NCBI RefSeq assembly: GCF_046119375.1 | Contig: NW_027362767.1 | Span: 385,392,001-385,456,000 of the forward strand | DNA length: 64,000 nt | Source: Phyllobates terribilis | Lineage: Eukaryota | Direction: 5' to 3' | In this document: positions 58,330-64,000 of the stretch, in pieces | Layout: every line of letters starts with the position of its first letter | Numbering within the stretch: position 1 is the stretch's first letter | Program-made: the position numbers and the translations under genes | Notes under the pieces: generated by a model | Database searches by the model: none | Seen by the model: the letters and a program-made list of their open reading frames with translations, nothing else | What the model was told of the DNA's origin: nothing

Positions 58330-58842
58330 TAATAGGAGCCACCGGGTAACAAGTCTGTTCATGACATTTCTTCCCTCCTAAATTTTCCCCCATCACCTGT
58401 GAGTGATATTATTGAGAAGCGGAAGGAACCACAGCAACTCAGCCCCGAAGTGGAGACCCTGTAACATTACAGACCGGGGGGCCGAGTGCTGAGGAGCAGA
58501 GGGCAGAAAAGTCACCAACGCTCTGCTGACCCCATAACTGCAGAGTCCAGACCTCCTCAGGTATTAAAAGCACAAACACAGCGGCCCTGCCGGGAGCTTC
58601 ATGGCCGAGCAGCTGCATGCAGCCTTACATCACCAAGCACAATGCCGAGCGTCGGATGGAGTGGTGTAAGGTCACCATGGACTATAATGCTCCAAAATCT
58701 TATAGAAATCCTTGCCAGAAGAGTGAAAACAGTTGTAACCGGGGACCAACTCCATATTAATGTGTATGGATTTAGAATGGGGTGTGATAAAAGCTCCTGT
58801 AGGTGTCATGAGCAGGGGGCACATACCTTGGATCATATAGTG
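58330..58842 (+). mobile_element. Tc1/mariner deletion derivative
   Basis: HTH-region and C-terminal (NLIEILARRVKTVV) transposase-like remnants; ends ...GATCATATAGTG|TA. Confidence 0.5.
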
Positions 58843-59000
58843 TAGATTATAAGGTATATTGCCTGCGCGGGGTGTTACAGATCCAGTACAGGTGGGGGCT
58901 GAGTGGCTGGCTCAGCATAAAGCTCTATCGGCCTCTCATCTCCCAGAGGTAACTTTAATCTTTCGGATTATCCCTTCCTCACCCCACTGACCTGCTTCAG

Positions 59001-59095
59001 AGTAGAAACTTTCACTGCCGCACATGCAGGGCTGATATGGTGGCTGCAGATACTTCAAGGAAATCTCAGGTCTCGTCTACTAACCCCACAGACCG
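59001..59095 (+). other. Candidate exon of an unidentified transcript
   Basis: Branch-like ctgac, acceptor cctgcttcag, donor CG|gtaaga; open frame SRNFHCRTCRADMVAADTSRKSQVSSTNPTD. Confidence 0.4.
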
Positions 59096-59269
59096 GTAAG
59101 ATCATTGACCCTGAGAAGAAGTGATGGACACAAGGACCCCATTAGTCCTCAGTATTGGATATAACCTCGGGGGCTAACGATCTGACATCTTCTTGTGGAC
59201 CACACAAGTGTCGGCCATGCTTGTAGGTTAATATACTACCATTGGTTTAGCACCTTTCTCGCCCCATAG

Positions 59270-59340
59270 CTGTGCAGAGAATCTCCGAACTTCATCCAAA
59301 ACCTCACCTCTTTACATCGTGACAGCCAGATACAAACCAT
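59270..59340 (+). other. Candidate exon of an unidentified transcript
   Basis: Acceptor ctttctcgccccatag, donor AT|gtaagt; phase-compatible open frame CAENLRTSSKTSPLYIVTARYKP. Confidence 0.45.
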
Positions 59341-59859
59341 GTAAGTGGATTTAAAACATTTTTTAATAACAAAACTTGTATGGTTAGAGAGACCAATTTT
59401 TTTGCAATTAAATATTTTCTAGTATATTAACGGGTGAGAAACTATTACTATTTTTTATTCTTTTTTTTTTTTTTTTTTTACATTTTTGCATGTGCTAACT
59501 GTTTTATGTCTGCGAATATATAGAATATTGATTGGTAGTTATAATCCAGCATCCTAAAACAAAAAAATGTATATTTTATTTTATCATTTTTTTGTGTATT
59601 TTATTGTGTTTTTTAATGTACCTTTTAGAAAATAATCTTATTTTTATTTAAATTTTATATTTTTACCAGTTTTTAAGATTTTATACATTATAATTTTTTT
59701 TGTTTTTATTGTTTCATTGTATATTTGTTTTGGGTATTTTTTTCCTTCTTTTCAGAAAATGTCAAATGTATTATTTTTTAGATATTTTTAAGTTTCAGAA
59801 ACTAAAATACCACGATTCAAGTTATATCCTTTTCATACCGTTAGCAGTTTATTACTTAA

Positions 59860-60051
59860 ACGGGGTTGTCCAGGATTGCAAAAACACGGCTGCTTTTTAT
59901 TAAAAACAGCGCCACCCCTGATTATGGGTTGTGGCTGGTATTGCAACTTGGCCCCTTTTGCATTGAATGGAGCTGGGCTGTAATACATGGTCAGGAGTGG
60001 TGCGATTTCTGAACGAAAGCAGCCATGTTTTTCTAATCCTGGACAACCTCT
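59860..60051. mobile_element. T2-type MITE
   Basis: TTAA|ACGGGGTTGTCCAGGATT ... AATCCTGGACAACCTCT|TTAA. Confidence 0.82.
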
Positions 60052-60366
60052 TTAAGTGGGGTTTCCCACCTAAATTTTGGTAGTCAGTGGGATAAATGAT
60101 CGCAGGAGAGTCTGTATATAAGTGATTTCTACTTTATGGCTGTCCAGTTGTTACAAAACTACACCTTTGTTCTGGTGCTATATATTAGAGTATCAGACCG
60201 CACAGACCTAAAATAAATGTATATTTGATAAACATTTATTTATTGGAGATGCTTTTTTTATTTTTTTTTTCTAATTTTTACAACTTTTCTGCAATTATGA
60301 TTCTGGCCACAAGAGGGCTGAGTTGTTGCAGGCAATTTGTTCGTTTGCTTCTTACAACGAATAACC

Positions 60367-61808
60367 CAGGGGTCTCAAACTCGGCTGGGTATATGGGCCG
60401 CATGCGGAAAAAAAATTAATTTGGGGGGCTGCATTCTTTGCAGGACAAAGTGACATTTTTAGTGATACCATTTTTTTTTCTATACACCTTTTGAACATTT
60501 TTGCTGTTTTATTTTTATAGCTTGGGTCGTTACGGATGTGGCGATAATAAACGTGCACTTTTTTGGTTTACTTTATTTTATATATGAAGCAGCATTTTTA
60601 GTGGCAAAATATATTTTCATGCTTTATTTTGACGTTTTTCTGCCAAAATCTTGTAGTAATGTGCCCACCCTGGTCTACATCTTGTAATGTCCCCCATCTT
60701 TGTCCCCATCTTGTCGTAATATTCCATTCTGGTCCCCATCTTGTTGTAATGTCTCCCATCCTGGGCCCAATATTGTCGTAATGTCACATACCGGTCCCCA
60801 TATTGTAGATATGTCCTCATCTTGTAGTAATGCCCAATCCTGGTCCCCATCTTGTTGTAATGTCCCCATCTTCTAGGAATGTCCCCATCCTGGTCCCCCT
60901 CTTCTAGTAATGTCCCCAGCCTGGTCCCCATGTTTTAGGACTGTCCCCAGCCTGGTCCCCATGTTTTAGGACTGTCCCCAGCCTGGTCCCCATGTTTTAG
61001 GACTGTCCCCAGCCTGGTCCCCATGTTTTAGGACTGTCCCCAGCCTGGTCCCCATATTTTAGGACTGTCCCCAGCCTGGTCCCCATCTTTTAGGACTGTC
61101 CCCAGCCTGGTCCCCATCTTCTAGGAATGTCCCCATCCTGGTCCCCCTCTTGTAGTAATGTCCCCATCCTGGTCCCCATGTTTTAGGACTGTCCCCAGCC
61201 TGGTCCCCATGTTTTAGGACTGTCCCCAGCCTGGTCCCCATGTTTTAGGACTGTCCCCAGCCTGGTCCCCATGTTTTAGGACTGTCCCCAGCCTGGTCCC
61301 CATGTTTTAGGACTGTCCCCAGCCTGGTCCCCATCTTTTAGGACTGTCCCCAGCCTGGTCCCCATCTTTTAGGACTGTCCCCAGCCTGGTCCCCATCTTG
61401 GAGGACTGTCCCTTGTGCCGTTCTACACATAAAAGAGAAAAAAAAAAAAAGATTCTTCTCACCTGTCCTCCGTTCCCTCTGCGTCCTTTCTGCACCTGTG
61501 GCCCGCAGGCACCATAGACCCCAATCGTGGCCCGGTCCAGGAGCTGCCGGCAGCTGCGCTTCAGTTCAGTGTATTGCTGCGCAGAGACCGGCTCTCTGCA
61601 CAGCAATACCAGTGCCAGCCGCCGGCCTATCAGAGGCCAGCAGCTGACATCTGCGCGTGTCAGTGACGTCATACGCCGCTGCGTTGGGACGCAGATGTCA
61701 GCTGCTGGCCTCTGATAGACCCCAATCGTGGACCGGGCCACGATTGGGGTCTATGGTTCCTGCGGGCCACATGAAGCAGCCTGAAGGGCCGCGTGTTTGA
61801 GACCCCTG
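60367..61808. mobile_element. Non-autonomous hAT element carrying a minisatellite and nested hairpins
   Basis: Perfect TIR CAGGGGTCTCAAAC / GTTTGAGACCCCTG; 8-bp TSD gaataacc / gaatagcc. Confidence 0.9.
60650..61411. repeat. 31-bp minisatellite, ~24 copies
   Basis: Unit tgtccccagcctggtccccatgttttaggac; the left third is degenerate (tgtccccatcctggtccccatcttgtagtaa). Confidence 0.93.
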
Positions 61809-62889
61809 GAATAGCCAGTGGGACGTTCAGCAGACGCCATCTATTAGATATTTTACTATCTTTGGAGAGTCCTGTGCCTTGATACAGTATTAAATTAATT
61901 AAATCAGATAAAATAAAAAAAATTGTTTGAGATTTTTTATCTGATTTCTTTAGTCTATTATGACATTTTATATGCTATTAAAATGTATTTTCCATATGCA
62001 ATGACCTATTTTACATAATTAAAGCACAGATCTGTAAAACTGACTGTACATTAAGTATAAGTAATTATACAGTCTCACCAGAAGGGGGTGCACTATATGT
62101 TCGTTGTTGGCCATTAGCACATACATATCTCCTCTTCTAACTTTGTGGACTTTGCCAAACTTCTAGCAGAGCAGCCTGGTATCTTGAAAAAGCTGCAGGC
62201 CACGAGAAAAAGCTCGCTGCAAGTATATATTGCTCGCACTGGCTTTAATAGAAGCTGTGTATGCAGTGAGTGCCATCTTGTGGCAGCTTCAGGCGGTCAA
62301 AACATTTTTTTTTACATCTAAAGTGACTTCACAGTGAGGAACTGAGAAATTATATGTATGTCAATACTTATGGGGGATTAATATCTGCTATTTATTTGCC
62401 ACAAGAATTTTGCTGTTTGCCTAACTTTGAGCTCAGCTTACTGCCCTTTTTCTCCTGCAAACATATGTGCGCTCAACCAACCTGAGTGTGCATGTGTATA
62501 GAGGGTTGGGAAGAATAGCTCACTTCAGACTATGACAACCATTTCTGCAAGTGTGACAAGAGGAAGTGCAGCCATATTGACCGTCCCCTAATTAGCTGCT
62601 CAGAAACTGATGATTAGTTGTCATTTGCTCAGCACGTTCGATCCGTAAAAAGTGACAAATTACAGAAAAAAATAATTGAAGGTGACAATTAACATGGCGC
62701 CTGGTATTAGTACTGCAAAAATACTGATATCTATGTAACCGAAAGAATCTGATGATCTGACTTTGGCCACTGCTCCCCTAAACTGCATTACCAGATGTAG
62801 CCATTGAAGAGGAGGGGCGCTGTTTCTGGGGGGGGGGGGGAGTTTATTTTCTAATTTCAGTCAGCTCTTTCATAATGTTTGATTGATCC

Positions 62890-63701
62890 AATGATGGGAC
62901 CCCCAGCAGTCAGACACTCATCTGTTCTAGTGATTAGTGGGACCCCCAGGAATCAGACACTTATCTGTTCTAGTGATCAATAGGACCCCCAGGACCCAGA
63001 GACTTATCTGTTCTAGTGATCAGTGAGACCCCCAGGAATCAGACACTTATCTGTTCTAGTGATCAGTAGGACCCCCAGCAATCATACATTTATCTGTTCT
63101 TCTGATCAGTGGGACCCCCAGGACCCAGACACTTATCTGTTCTAGGGATCAGTGAGACCCCCAGGTATCAGACACTCATCTGTTCTAATGATCAGTGAGA
63201 CCCCCAGGTATCAGACACTCATTTGTTCTAATGATCAGTGAGACCCCCAGGTATCAGACACTCATCTGTTCTAATGATCAGTGGGACCCCCAGGACCCAG
63301 ACACTTATCTGTTCTAGGGATCAGTGAGACCCCCAGGTATCAGACACTCATCTGTTCTAATGATCAGTGAGACCCCCAGGTATCAGACACTTATTTGTTC
63401 TAGTGATCAGTGAGACCCCCAGCAATCAGAGACTTATCTGTTCTAGTGATCAGTGGGACCCCCAGCAATCAGACACTCATTTGTTCTAGTGATCAGTGAG
63501 ACCCCCAGCAATCAGAGACTTATCTGTTCTAGTGATCAGGGGGAACCCCGGCAATCAGAGACGTATCTGTTCTAGTGATCAGGGGGAACCCTGGCGATCA
63601 GAGACTTATCTGTTCTAGTGATCAGGGGGAACCCTGGCGATCAGAGACTTATCTGTTCTAGTGATCAGTGAGACCCCCAGGAATCAGACACTTATCTATC
63701 C
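62890..63701. repeat. 43-bp minisatellite, ~19 copies
   Basis: Unit gtgatcagtgagacccccaggaatcagacacttatctgttcta; 43-bp period at 63016/63059. Confidence 0.95.
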
Positions 63702-64000
63702 AGTGGATTGATTGCTAAATGTAGATGATGGGTAAACCCATTTTGGGGCAGCAAGCAGTGGTCCTCAGATTGCTAGAAGAACCAGCAGCTGACCTATAGG
63801 GCTCCGACCTGGAGATAAGCCCTGATCACTTGTGAGTGACCCTAATCTGCTAGAATAAGCCGGCTGTGGTCCTTTAATGCCACGGGGGTGAGATAGGGGT
63901 GAGGGGGATTTGCTGAACTGCAATGTACGGTCCGGGATTACCATAATTATTAGTTCTAAATGATTAATTACCCACTTACTAATGATCCGGATAAATATAT

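Overview
Vertebrate genomic DNA, most likely from a frog (inferred from a Xenopus-like PLD3 and abundant TTAA-type T2 MITEs). It holds two head-to-head genes. PLD3 is on the minus strand with 10 coding exons between 2305 and 16660; its terminal coding exon was not found and probably lies left of position 1. A C19orf47 ortholog is on the plus strand, complete with 8 coding exons (36106-53034, 402 aa). A compact candidate bidirectional promoter (CRE, ZNF143/Staf, CCAAT and ETS motifs) sits at about 30.1-30.4 kb. Introns and flanks are packed with decayed transposons: five large Tc1/mariner copies, a 6-kb hAT, piggyBac-type and Kolobok/T2-type non-autonomous elements, PIF/Harbinger-like MITEs, CR1 3' fragments and tRNA-derived SINE heads. 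Several minisatellites sit inside these elements or appear to derive from them. No transposase ORF is intact. The most notable observations are: (i) four Penelope-type minimal hammerhead ribozyme motifs in C19orf47 introns, three of them tied to large inverted repeats (a ~335-bp-arm palindrome with a ribozyme in each arm, and a ~630-bp-arm palindrome with a ribozyme in its loop and a 6-kb hAT inserted in one arm); (ii) a 26-bp micro-inversion that flips a Tc1 start codon together with a MITE junction; (iii) two apparently homologous 31-bp minisatellites carried by hAT MITEs; (iv) two well-signalled, frame-compatible candidate exons of an unidentified transcript at 59.0-59.3 kb. All calls were made by eye without database searches.
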